Positions 10,173 to 19,025 of a stretch of DNA of 64,000 nucleotides are shown in pieces (position 1 is the stretch's first letter; each line of letters opens with the position of its first letter). The notes beneath the pieces are model-generated. The model was not told the origin of the DNA. It saw only the letters and a list, made by a program, of their open reading frames with translations, and made no database searches. The position numbers and the translations under genes are program-made. The stretch comes from Gemmatimonadaceae bacterium (lineage in GTDB: Bacteria; Gemmatimonadota; Gemmatimonadetes; Gemmatimonadales; Gemmatimonadaceae). Location of the stretch: NCBI GenBank assembly GCA_035623475.1, contig DASPTK010000089.1, forward strand, positions 19,279-83,278, written 5' to 3'.

Positions 10173-12599
10173 TCAGGGGGAGCTGCCGGCCAGGAAGGCG
10201 GCGGCGGCGCGCCGGGCGTCGGCGTGACGCAGGGTGGGAGCGACCTCGCGCAGCCGATCGGCGGCGAGCTGTCGCGGCTGGATGCGCTCGAACGCCGAGG
10301 CACTCCAGGCGCGCACCCAGGGGCGGTCGTCGTCGAGCCGGGTGCTGAGCGCATCCAGGGCCTGGGCGGAGCCGTGGGCGGCGAGGGCGCCGAGGGTGAG
10401 AGCGACGCGTGGGTGACCCGCGATCAGGCCCTCGAGCTGCGGGACGAAGGCGGAATCCCCCAGGCGGGCGATCTGGTCCAGCGCCGCGCTCTGGATCACA
10501 TCGCGGTACGAGGGTGTGCTCAGGGCCCGCGTGAGGACGGCCGTTCGGCCGGCGCTGTCGATCTTGGCCAGGGTGACCACCGCCGCGGCGCGCACCTGAT
10601 AGCTCGAGTCCTGCTCGAATGCCCGGTGCGCCAGCGCCAGCGCCTCCGGACCGCCCACTGCGCCTAACGCAATGATCGCTGCCCGTCGAACGGCGGAGGA
10701 TGTGTCGGCGGCCGCTCGCACCAGCGTCGGCAGCGCCCCGTCTCCCGCGACCGCGGGGAGCGCTCCCACCGCTCGTGCGCGGATGACCGGACAGTCTCCC
10801 GCGATCGCCGCAGCTGCCAGCGCGCGAGCGGCCGTCGTGTCATCGGCGAGGCGCTCGAGCTGGTCGATCACCCAGGCGCGATCCCACACCTCGGGGTCGC
10901 GCGCGAGCTGCTCGGCGAGCCAGGGAGTGGGCTGCGGAAAGCTGAGCGTCTTCAGAATCCTGTTGCCGTCGTCGAGAACCACCATCGTGGGCGCAGACCG
11001 CACGCCATCGATGCGGATCGACTGGTCGCGCTCCGCCAGTGAATCGTCGTGCAACACGTCACCCGCCGCCGTGCCGACGCGGATGCGTATCGGCATGCGA
11101 AAGACGGCGGGCGTTCGCGCGCCGCCGAGGGAGTCCATTCGCGCCGAGTCACTCTGCATCTGCTGGAGGCGAACGGTGAGTGTGGCGGCGGCGGAATCCC
11201 AGCTTGCACTGGCGGCCAGCTCCGGGTGTCCCTCCGCGTACATCCACTCCTCGAAGAACCACGCGAGGTTCTCGCCGGTGGCGTCGAGGATCGCACGGCG
11301 CAGGTCCTCGGTGATCGCGACGCCGAACCGGTGGTCGATGAGGTAGCGATGCATCGACGCCCAAAAGCGCTCGTTGCCGAGGTAACGCTGCAGCATTCGC
11401 AGCACCAGGGCGCCCTTCGGGTAGATGTTGTTCGATCCGAGGGCGGCGAGCGGCGTCCGCTTGCGCGAGTCGATCGCCAGATACTGCTCGTATTCGTCGA
11501 GGAAGAACTCGCCGCCCGCGAGGCGTCCCGTCTTCTCGTCCCAGTACGCCCCGTTCATGAACTCGGCCATGCCTTCGTTGAGCCAGACATTCGCCCAGTT
11601 GGCGGTCGTCACGTAGTCGCCAAACCACTGGTGCGCCAGCTCGTGCGGGATGAGGATCTGTCTGTACCACGGCTGGTCCCGGTACGCGCGCGCATCGGGC
11701 AGCCAGTCGACGAGCGTGGTCGCGCTCACCATCTCCTCGCCGCCGAAGAAGTCGGCCACCGTCGTCTGCGCGTACTTGGGCCAGGGGTACTTCACCCCGA
11801 GGAGACGGCCGTAGATGTCCATCACGCTCGGCGTCATCGCGAAGAGCACGCGTGCCCGGGCCGTGTCGTCGGCGTAGACGTAGGCGTCGAGGTAGATCCC
11901 GTGCCACGAGCGCCGAACGCGCGCCAGCCGGCCGATCACGATCGACACGAGATAGGTGGACGCGGGGGAGTCCTGTGACCACCGGACGATATGGGTCGCC
12001 GACGTACGACGCGTGTCCGACACCAGGCGACCGTTCGAGACGACCATCATGCTCGTGGGCACCGTCGCGTCGAGCTCCCAGGTCTCCTTGTCGTTCGGCG
12101 CGTCGTAGGTGGGGAACCAGAGGTGATTGTCGTCTGGCTCCCCCATGCTCCACAGCTGCCGCGGCCGGTGCGGGCGCCCGTCGTCGCGGATGAAGGTGAG
12201 ACCACGCCCATTCACGACGCGCCCGGCGTAGTAGATGGCGGCGGTCACCTTCTCACCGTACTGGGCGGCCCGCGAGAGGTAGACGACGAGGGTGTCGCCG
12301 CGGGCCGCGAAGCGGAGCCGCTCCCCTCGCCCGCCCCGGACGTCGCGTATCCGAAGCAGGGCTCCCGCGTCAAGAACCAGAGAATCGAAATGCGGTCGCA
12401 GCGCGACGACCGTCGTCACGGCGCGACCGGTGAACGTGAGCGAGTCCCAGTTGAAGTCCTTCAGGCTGATCTGCTGATGGACCAGGTCGTAGTCGTGCGA
12501 GCGCGTGTCGTGGCCCGTCGCCAAGCGCTCGGCGTTCGACTGCGCGAGGAGCGGCGCAGCGACGACGAGGGTGACGAGGGCGGTGCCGACTACGCGCAT
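10173..12599 (-). CDS. M1-family zinc metallopeptidase (aminopeptidase N-like) with C-terminal HEAT-type repeats
   Basis: HELAHQWFGD plus WLNEGMAEF (HExxH-x18-E). ATG 12599 gives the signal-peptide-like MRVVGTALVTLVVAAPLLAQ. The C-terminal ~250 aa is Ala/Leu-rich and HEAT/PBS-lyase-like. The GAMEN position reads GGEEM. Confidence 0.8.
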   Translation of the reverse strand: MRVVGTALVTLVVAAPLLAQSNAERLATGHDTRSHDYDLVHQQISLKDFNWDSLTFTGRAVTTVVALRPHFDSLVLDAGALLRIRDVRGGRGERLRFAARGDTLVVYLSRAAQYGEKVTAAIYYAGRVVNGRGLTFIRDDGRPHRPRQLWSMGEPDDNHLWFPTYDAPNDKETWELDATVPTSMMVVSNGRLVSDTRRTSATHIVRWSQDSPASTYLVSIVIGRLARVRRSWHGIYLDAYVYADDTARARVLFAMTPSVMDIYGRLLGVKYPWPKYAQTTVADFFGGEEMVSATTLVDWLPDARAYRDQPWYRQILIPHELAHQWFGDYVTTANWANVWLNEGMAEFMNGAYWDEKTGRLAGGEFFLDEYEQYLAIDSRKRTPLAALGSNNIYPKGALVLRMLQRYLGNERFWASMHRYLIDHRFGVAITEDLRRAILDATGENLAWFFEEWMYAEGHPELAASASWDSAAATLTVRLQQMQSDSARMDSLGGARTPAVFRMPIRIRVGTAAGDVLHDDSLAERDQSIRIDGVRSAPTMVVLDDGNRILKTLSFPQPTPWLAEQLARDPEVWDRAWVIDQLERLADDTTAARALAAAAIAGDCPVIRARAVGALPAVAGDGALPTLVRAAADTSSAVRRAAIIALGAVGGPEALALAHRAFEQDSSYQVRAAAVVTLAKIDSAGRTAVLTRALSTPSYRDVIQSAALDQIARLGDSAFVPQLEGLIAGHPRVALTLGALAAHGSAQALDALSTRLDDDRPWVRAWSASAFERIQPRQLAADRLREVAPTLRHADARRAAAAFLAGSSP

Positions 12600-12696
12600 G
12601 CAGCGCTTCGCGGCCCATACCGCGCGGCGCGTTTCCGGGTAGCTTTCATCAACGACGGACCGCGACGAATGAGCGGTCCCGCAAACCGTTCGACAG

Positions 12697-14031
12697 GTGT
12701 CGGTCATGGCCTCCACGAAAGTCGCGCCCGGAGCGCCCCCGCAGCAAGCGGAACTCTCGGTTCGGGATGAGCGGACGGGCAAGTCCTACGCAGTTCCCGT
12801 GAGTGACAGCGCCATTCGCGCCGGCGACCTCAAGCAGATCAAAGCGAGCGAAGACGACGGCGGGCTTCTCAGCTACGATCCCGCGTTCCTCAACACCGCC
12901 TCGTGCAGGAGCGCCATCACCTTCATCGATGGCGATCGCGGCATCCTGCGCTATCGAGGCTATCCGATCGAGCAGCTGGCGGAGAAGGCGAGCTTCCTCG
13001 AGGTCGCCTGGCTCCTCCGCAACGGTGAGCTCCCGACGCAGGAACAGTACGACAAGTGGGTGCACGAGGTCACCTACCACACCTACGTGCACGAGAACAT
13101 CAGTAAGTTCCTCGAGGGGTTCCGCTACGACGCGCACCCGATGACGATGCTCTGCAGCACCGTCGCGGCGTTGTCGTCGTTCTACCCGACGGCCAAGAAC
13201 ATCTATGATCCGGCGGAGCGCGACATCTCCATCGTCCGCTTGATCGCCAAGGTGCCGACCCTCGCTGCCTTCTCCTATCGGCACGTGAAGGGTCTGCCGA
13301 TCGTCTGGCCGGACAACGACCTCACCTACGTCGAGAACTTCCTCTCGATGGTGGCGCGGATGAGCGAGCCGAAGTACGAGTCTCGCCCCGTGTTCACCCG
13401 GGCCACCGAGGTGCTCTTCATCCTGCATGCCGACCACGAGCAGAACTGTTCGACCAACGCCGTCCGTGCCGTCGGCTCATCGCACGTCGATCCCTTCTCG
13501 GCGGTCGCCGCCGGGATCGCGGCGCTCTACGGCCCGCTCCACGGGGGAGCGAACGAGCAGGTGCTGCGAATGATTCAGGAGATCGCCCACCCGAAGAACG
13601 TCAAGGCGTTCATCGAGGAAGTGAAGAGCGGGAAGGGGCAGCGCCTGATGGGATTCGGCCACCGCGTATACAAGTCGTACGACCCTCGCGCCAAGATCGT
13701 GAAGCGGTTGGCCGACGAGGTCTTCGCCGAGGTCGGGATGGACAAGGATCTCGAGATCGCGCTCGAGCTCGAGCGGATCGCCCTCTCGGACGACTACTTC
13801 ATCTCGCGCAAGCTCTACCCGAACGTGGACTTCTACACCGGCCTCATTTACCGGTCGATGAAGTTCCCGATGGACTTCTTCACCGTCCTATTCGCGATCG
13901 CCCGGACGGCGGGGTGGCTGGCGCAGTGGGAGGAGATGCTGCTCGACAAGGAGCAGAAGATCGCGCGGCCGCGGCAGATCTACACCGGTCACGGAGAGCG
14001 CGACTATCGGAGCGCGCTGATTCACAAGTGA
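12697..14031 (+). CDS. gltA: citrate synthase
   Basis: 444 aa with GYPIEQL, HADHEQNCSTNAVR and GFGHRVYKSYDPRA signatures. Confidence 0.93.
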   Translation: MSVMASTKVAPGAPPQQAELSVRDERTGKSYAVPVSDSAIRAGDLKQIKASEDDGGLLSYDPAFLNTASCRSAITFIDGDRGILRYRGYPIEQLAEKASFLEVAWLLRNGELPTQEQYDKWVHEVTYHTYVHENISKFLEGFRYDAHPMTMLCSTVAALSSFYPTAKNIYDPAERDISIVRLIAKVPTLAAFSYRHVKGLPIVWPDNDLTYVENFLSMVARMSEPKYESRPVFTRATEVLFILHADHEQNCSTNAVRAVGSSHVDPFSAVAAGIAALYGPLHGGANEQVLRMIQEIAHPKNVKAFIEEVKSGKGQRLMGFGHRVYKSYDPRAKIVKRLADEVFAEVGMDKDLEIALELERIALSDDYFISRKLYPNVDFYTGLIYRSMKFPMDFFTVLFAIARTAGWLAQWEEMLLDKEQKIARPRQIYTGHGERDYRSALIHK

Positions 14032-14064
14032 GCGGCAAGGGGTGGCGGTGCCGCGCCGCCGCCG

Positions 14065-14415
14065 TCAGTCGACCTGGCGTCGACCCTTGGGAGCGGAAAC
14101 GCTCGCGCTCCGGCTCACCACGACTACCGTCCCGGCGTCTGCCAGCAGATCGATGGCTACCTCCGACTCCGGAGCGAGGCCTTTGAGGAGCGTGCTCTCG
14201 AGGAAGTGATGCTGGTGCGGCTCCGCGCCCTGCGAGCAGGTGCAGCTCACCTCGATCACGCTCCCTCGCCCGCGCGACCCGTCCACGACGACCACCGGTG
14301 AGTCGCCGAGGGCTCTGATGCGTTCTGCGGAGGTCGGTGACACCTCCAACTTGCCATCGGCGGGCGTCTTGTGAGAGACGCGGCGCAGCTCCAGGAGCAT
14401 GCGGACACTCGACAT
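14065..14415 (-). CDS. hypothetical protein (~116 aa)
   Basis: The C-terminal part of the 207-aa ORF reads as a plausible globular protein (..KLEVSPTSAERIRALGDSPVVVVDGSRGRGSVIEVSCTCSQGAEPHQHHFLE..). ATG 14415 has an AAGGGA about 9 nt upstream. No family recognised and the start is uncertain (alternatives 14454, 14400). Confidence 0.35.
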   Translation of the reverse strand: MSSVRMLLELRRVSHKTPADGKLEVSPTSAERIRALGDSPVVVVDGSRGRGSVIEVSCTCSQGAEPHQHHFLESTLLKGLAPESEVAIDLLADAGTVVVVSRSASVSAPKGRRQVD

Positions 14416-14577
14416 GCGTGAAGGTCCCTTGGCGGTGTTGCCGCGCACCGCCATGCCGGGCAATGTGCGCGCAGCCCCCCTGAGGAGCAACCGGCATCGC
14501 TCGCCATTGCCCGCTTGCGGCTCAGGAGATAGGTTCAAGGGACGCGGAGGCACGCGACCGCGCGCCCCCACATAGCC

Positions 14578-14603
14578 GGACCCGGAAATGGGGTCCTTTT
14601 TTT
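14578..14603 (+). terminator. terminator-like hairpin + U7 immediately upstream of rpsU
   Basis: ggaccc-ggaaatg-gggtcc followed by ttttttt, ending 20 nt before the rpsU GTG. No + strand gene ends nearby (gltA stops 550 nt upstream). Confidence 0.4.
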
Positions 14604-14623
14604 CGCTCTCTGGGAGAGTGATC

Positions 14624-14818
14624 GTGGTTGAAGTCATCATCGGCGAGAACGATCGCATCGACTTGGCGCTCAAGCAGTTCCAGCGCAAAGTGATTCGAGC
14701 CGGCGTCCTGAAGGACGTCCGTCGGAAGCGTTACTACGAGAAGCCGAGCGAGGCGCGGCAGAGGAAGAGCAGCGCGGCGCGGCAGCGTCAGGCCCGGGCG
14801 CAGCGCGCGGGGCGGTGA
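14624..14818 (+). CDS. rpsU: 30S ribosomal protein bS21
   Basis: VEVIIGENDRIDLALKQFQRKVIRAGVLKDVRRKRYYEKPSEARQRK is typical bS21. GTG 14624 follows GGGAGA (14612-14617). The ORF-track ATG 14588 lies inside the upstream hairpin. Confidence 0.85.
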   Translation: MVEVIIGENDRIDLALKQFQRKVIRAGVLKDVRRKRYYEKPSEARQRKSSAARQRQARAQRAGR

Positions 14819-14858
14819 ACAGAAAGGGTTCCGCGCTCAGCGCACGCGGAGAGTCGGC

Positions 14859-15080
14859 ATGAGCAAGCAGGACGTCATCGAGATGGACGGGACGGTTACC
14901 GAGGTCCTGCCGAACGCCACCTTTCGTGTCGCCGTCAGCGACGCCCACAGCGTTCTGACGACACTCGGCGGCAACATGCGCCGCTTTCGCATTCGGGTCC
15001 TTGCGGGCGACCGGGTGCGGATAGAGGTGTCGCCGTACGATCTCTCGCGCGGACGCATTATCTACCGGCACAAGAACTAG
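14859..15080 (+). CDS. infA: translation initiation factor IF-1
   Basis: 73 aa, MSKQDVIEMDGTVTEVLPNATFRV...RIRVLAGDRVRIEVSPYDLSRGRIIYRHK, the canonical IF-1 S1-fold sequence. Confidence 0.95.
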   Translation: MSKQDVIEMDGTVTEVLPNATFRVAVSDAHSVLTTLGGNMRRFRIRVLAGDRVRIEVSPYDLSRGRIIYRHKN

Positions 15081-15103
15081 CCCGGAGAGCACGACGCCAC
15101 GAA

Positions 15104-15131
15104 GGCGGGACCGTTCGGTCCCGCCTTTTTC
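15104..15131 (+). terminator. rho-independent terminator after infA
   Basis: ggcgggacc-gttc-ggtcccgcc (9-bp stem) followed by tttttc, 24 nt after the infA stop. Confidence 0.75.
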
Positions 15132-15193
15132 TCATCTCCCGCGCGCGCTACCTTCGCGCCGGACAAACCGCTGGTGGCGACGACACCGAGGTC

Positions 15194-16048
15194 GTGATGG
15201 AAATCGAGAACATCTCCGATACGGCGCGCTGGGTGGCCTACTACAGGGCCATGGAAACGGAGCGCCCGGATGCCCACTTCCGCGATCCCTTCGCGCGTCG
15301 GCTCGCGGGGGACCGGGGCGAGTCGATCACCAACGCGATGAAGCAGGGTCGCGCCATGGCGTGGGCGATGATCGTCCGGACGGCGGTGATGGACGAGATC
15401 ATCCTGCGAACGGTGACCCGAGATCGTGTCGACACGGTGGTCAACCTCGCCGCCGGACTCGATGCGCGCCCCTGGCGACTTGCGCTCCCTCCGTCGCTGC
15501 GGTGGGTGGACGTCGACCTCCCGGGCATCCTCGACTACAAGACGGGTCTGATGCGCGACGAGCGCCCCGCCTGTTCCTACGAGGCGATCAAGGCGGATCT
15601 CACCGACGCCGCCGTCAGGCGGGACGTCTTCCAGCGATTGGCGGCCGGCGCGCAGCGCACGCTCGTCATCGCCGAGGGGCTCCTCATCTACCTCACGGAG
15701 GAGCAGGTCGGCGCTCTCGCGTCGGACCTCCACGCACAACCGGCGTTTCGGTGGTGGCTGATCGACCTCGCGAGTCCGCGCCTCTTGCAGTTCGTCAACC
15801 GCAGTTGGGGGGACTCGATGGCCCGCGGGAACGCCGTCTTCCGCTTCGGACCGGCGTCGGGCACGGCTTTCTTCGCCCCCTTCGGCTGGCGCGAGGTCGA
15901 GTTCCGGTCGACGGGAGACGAGGCCCGGCGCCTCCACCGCGAGATGCGCTACATGTGGCTCTGGCGACTCCTCGCCCGGCTCGGTCCGGCACGCCGACGC
16001 GAGGAAATTCGGCGGATGTCGGGGATCGTGCTGCTGGAGCGTACCTGA
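15194..16048 (+). CDS. class I SAM-dependent methyltransferase (LCMT / mycobacterial O-methyltransferase-like family)
   Basis: 284 aa. N-terminal SDTARWVAYYRAMETERPDAHFRDPFARRLAG and VVNLAAGLDARPWRL are typical of the leucine-carboxyl-methyltransferase-like family. Confidence 0.75.
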   Translation: MMEIENISDTARWVAYYRAMETERPDAHFRDPFARRLAGDRGESITNAMKQGRAMAWAMIVRTAVMDEIILRTVTRDRVDTVVNLAAGLDARPWRLALPPSLRWVDVDLPGILDYKTGLMRDERPACSYEAIKADLTDAAVRRDVFQRLAAGAQRTLVIAEGLLIYLTEEQVGALASDLHAQPAFRWWLIDLASPRLLQFVNRSWGDSMARGNAVFRFGPASGTAFFAPFGWREVEFRSTGDEARRLHREMRYMWLWRLLARLGPARRREEIRRMSGIVLLERT

Positions 16049-16061
16049 CGAGCTGTCGCGG

Positions 16062-16080
16062 GCCGGCGCCGGGCGCCGGC
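16062..16080. terminator. short GC hairpin between convergent genes
   Basis: gccggcg-ccggg-cgccggc (7-bp stem) lies between the methyltransferase stop (16048) and the histidine-kinase stop (16085). Confidence 0.3.
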
Positions 16081-16084
16081 AGGG

Positions 16085-17575
16085 TCAGGCCGACGCCGAT
16101 GCGGCGGGGGATGCGTCAGGCATCGCCGGAAGCCTGAGGGTGAAGATGCTCCCGCCGCCGGGCCGGTCGGCGTAGTCGACCGTACCTCCCTGGGCGGTCG
16201 CCAGCGCTCGCGAGATCGCCAGACCGAGCCCGGTCCCGCCACTGTCGGCGGACACCCGTGGCGGTCGGTAGAAGGGCTCGAAGATTCGCTCGCGCTCGTG
16301 CGGCGGAACCCCCGGCCCGCGATCGGCCACGGCGATCGACAACCATTCGCCGTCCCGTGTCAGCGTGATGTCGATCGGACGCCCCGCGGGCGAATACTTG
16401 TTCGCGTTTTCGATGAGGTTCACGAGAATCCGCAGCGAGTGCACGAAGTCGAAGTGGCCGAGCAGCACGGGCTCGGTCCAGGCGATCAACGGCCGGATCT
16501 CACGTCCCTGGAGGGCCCCCGAAACCTCCTGAATCGCCGAGCCCACGAGGTCTTCGGCGGCGTTGACCTCGGCCCGCACCGGCAGCTCGCCGAGGTTGAT
16601 GCGCGACATCTCCAACAAGTCGCCCACCATCCGGTTCAAGCGGTCGGCCTGCGACTCGATGATGGCGGCGCGCTCGTCGCCCTTGTCGGCGATGTCGTGC
16701 GCGTGGGCCTTGATCGCCGTGAGCGGCGTGCGGAGATCGTGCGAAACGGAGACGAGCAGCGCATCCTTGAGCCGGTCCGCCTCCCGGAGGGCTTCGGCGT
16801 GCTCGGCCTCGGCCACCAGCCGCACGCGCTCGACGCCGAGAGCGGCGTAGTAGGCGAGGGCGACCAAGAGCCGTCGCTGCGCGGCATCGAGCGGCGAACT
16901 GGTCGTCAGGCGGAGCGCGCCGACGATACGGTCGCGCGTTCGGAGCGCGAGCTCCTCCACGCCATCGCCGGCACCGCCGGGCTGTGTCGCCTCCGCCGGC
17001 ACCAGCGCCATCGGCGCGCCCCCGGGCCCGATCGTCGGGCCCTCTCCGGCGGCCGCGGCGAGGATCGGCTTCCCTTCATCCTCGCTGAAGGTCCAGATCT
17101 CGCCGCGGCGAGCCCCGATCGTATCGCGGATCACGCGCACGATGGCCACCAGCGCGTCTTCCGCGCGTCCGGCGCTCAACGTTTCGGCGCCGAGCGCAGC
17201 GAGTCGATCGATCTCCTCCGCGCGCCGCCGCGCGTCGTCCGCCTTCTCCTGCGCTCGTACGAGCAACTGGGTCGCCACCAGCGCCGTGGCCAGGAAGGCG
17301 ATGAGGACGAGCCAGTCCGGCCGCTTCCCGACCGCGAACTCGTAGAAGGGCGGCTGGAAGAAGTAGTCGATGCTGAGGAAGCCGAGGATCGCCAGGGCGA
17401 GGGCCAAGGCCCGCCCCGAGCTGGCGCCGGCTCCCAGAATGATCATCAGGTAGATCAGGGAGACGTGCGCTTGATCGATGTCCCCACGTAGCGCGAGGAG
17501 GACGATGGTGGCGACGACGAACGCGCCTCCCCACACGAGCCAGTCCAGCGCGCGCGGGAGAGGCAGTCGATTCAT
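16085..17575 (-). CDS. sensor histidine kinase, KdpD C-terminal-like (DUF4118 membrane domain + GAF-like + HisKA/HATPase)
   Basis: 496 aa. An N-terminal 4-TM block (..WGGAFVVATIVLLAL..) is followed by the H-box SVSHDLRTPLTAI, the N-box LVNLIENANKYSP and the G-box GGTGLGLAISRA. It lacks the KdpD N-terminal P-loop/Usp sensor region. Confidence 0.8.
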   Translation of the reverse strand: MNRLPLPRALDWLVWGGAFVVATIVLLALRGDIDQAHVSLIYLMIILGAGASSGRALALALAILGFLSIDYFFQPPFYEFAVGKRPDWLVLIAFLATALVATQLLVRAQEKADDARRRAEEIDRLAALGAETLSAGRAEDALVAIVRVIRDTIGARRGEIWTFSEDEGKPILAAAAGEGPTIGPGGAPMALVPAEATQPGGAGDGVEELALRTRDRIVGALRLTTSSPLDAAQRRLLVALAYYAALGVERVRLVAEAEHAEALREADRLKDALLVSVSHDLRTPLTAIKAHAHDIADKGDERAAIIESQADRLNRMVGDLLEMSRINLGELPVRAEVNAAEDLVGSAIQEVSGALQGREIRPLIAWTEPVLLGHFDFVHSLRILVNLIENANKYSPAGRPIDITLTRDGEWLSIAVADRGPGVPPHERERIFEPFYRPPRVSADSGGTGLGLAISRALATAQGGTVDYADRPGGGSIFTLRLPAMPDASPAASASA

Positions 17576-18274
17576 CTACCGCGGCATCTCGAACCGGTAG
17601 CCGACACCAGGTTCGGTGACGATCAGTCGGGGCCGCACCGGATCGCGCTCGATCTTCCGGCGCAGGTTGGCCACGTGGACCCGCAGATATTGCTGCGGGT
17701 CGCCGAACTCCCTCGACCAGACGGCGTCGAAGAGTTGCCGGTGCGTCAGGGTGCGTCCCGCCTGAGTCATGAACGCGCGAAGCAGCTCCCATTCGATCGG
17801 CGTCAGGTGAATCAAGTGGTCGCCCCGCCGCATGACGCGCGCGTTCAGGTCGACCAGCAGATCACCGACCATCACCGGCTGCGCCTGGGCCGCCAGGTGC
17901 GCCGCCTGCGCTCGGCGGAGATTGGCGCGGATCCGCGCCGCGAACTCCACGGTGCTGAAGGGCTTCGTGATGTAGTCGTCCGCACCGGTATCGAGCAGGA
18001 GAGCCTTCTCCTGGTCGGAGTGCCGCGCCGACAGGACCACGATCGGCGCCGGCGAGAGGGCGCGCAGCCGCCGGCAGACTTCGACGCCGGCCATGTCGGG
18101 GAGCCCGAGATCGAGGACGACGAGCTCGGGGCGCTCACCCGTTGCCAGGCCCAGGCCCTCTTCGCCCCCCCCCGCCTCGAGCACCCGCTGGACGTCCTCC
18201 ACCAACGCGTTCTTCACGACGCGCCGGATCTGCGGCTCGTCCTCGATCACCAGCACCGTAATGTCGCGTGCCAT
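17576..18274 (-). CDS. OmpR/KdpE-family response regulator
   Basis: ATG 18274 gives MARDITVLVIEDEPQIRRVV. Receiver motifs LVVLDLGLPDMAG and a winged-helix C-terminus VHVANLRRKIE..TEPGVGYRF. The stop abuts the kinase start codon. Confidence 0.88.
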   Translation of the reverse strand: MARDITVLVIEDEPQIRRVVKNALVEDVQRVLEAGGGEEGLGLATGERPELVVLDLGLPDMAGVEVCRRLRALSPAPIVVLSARHSDQEKALLLDTGADDYITKPFSTVEFAARIRANLRRAQAAHLAAQAQPVMVGDLLVDLNARVMRRGDHLIHLTPIEWELLRAFMTQAGRTLTHRQLFDAVWSREFGDPQQYLRVHVANLRRKIERDPVRPRLIVTEPGVGYRFEMPR

Positions 18275-19025
18275 GTGCGGTCCACCGCCGGAATGGGCCC
18301 CTGAAATATGGGGCATCCCTGGCTCTGTAAAGACATCTCGGGGGACCGGGGAGAGCCATCGAACGCGTTTAGATTTTCTCATGAGGGCACCTCGGAGCGG
18401 TTTGCTCGGGAATCGGCATCGGTTCGCGCATGGGCTGTCGCTGATTTCGGGAGGCTCGTCCCATTCGGGCGATCGGGCGACCCCATAAGGACCCCGACAG
18501 CGCGTGCATCGATTTTGTTAGTGGCCTCCACCCTGCCCCGTCCCTCGAGGCTGCGATTTCGTCGCCGGCACCAGGCTCCAGCGGCCCGGCTCCTGCCAAC
18601 CAGCCGGTCGACCCGCACGGCATCGGGCGGCGGGCTCGGGTGAGCATCGTTAGGCGTGACGCGAATGCGCTGGGAGGTTGTGCGGGCGCGGCATCGTCTC
18701 CGTGTTCTGTTTCGCACTCCTTACGTGCGGAGACCCGCCGGCGCTGTGCTGCTCGAGAGGGCTCGGGCGCCTGGCGCGCAGGGCGTTCCGCCTCTGCCGA
18801 CGCCGCGCAACCTGGGTGTAATGCGGTGTATCGCCTACCCGTCCGGGTAGGGCAAAACGACCACGGCGAGGCTAGATAGGGGGTCATCGAGCGACGCCGT
18901 CCCACGCCGGGGGAGGGAACTGACGTGGGGTGGCGGCGCTTGGTCGTCGCCGTCGACACTCATAGTTCATCGCCGTTCATCGCCAGCGCTCTGCCCTCGC
19001 CGGCGGAGAGAGCAAGGAGCCCCGA

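Noticed and set aside
18275-19025. A housekeeping ncRNA (RNase P RNA, tmRNA, SRP RNA) in the long intergenic region
   Set aside because: I could not find the conserved cores: the GAGGAAAGTCC-type P4 of RNase P, a tRNA-like GGTTCGA.TCC..CCA end with an ANDxxALAA-type tag frame for tmRNA, or the GGAA/AGCA SRP domain IV loop. The region stays unassigned (see findings).
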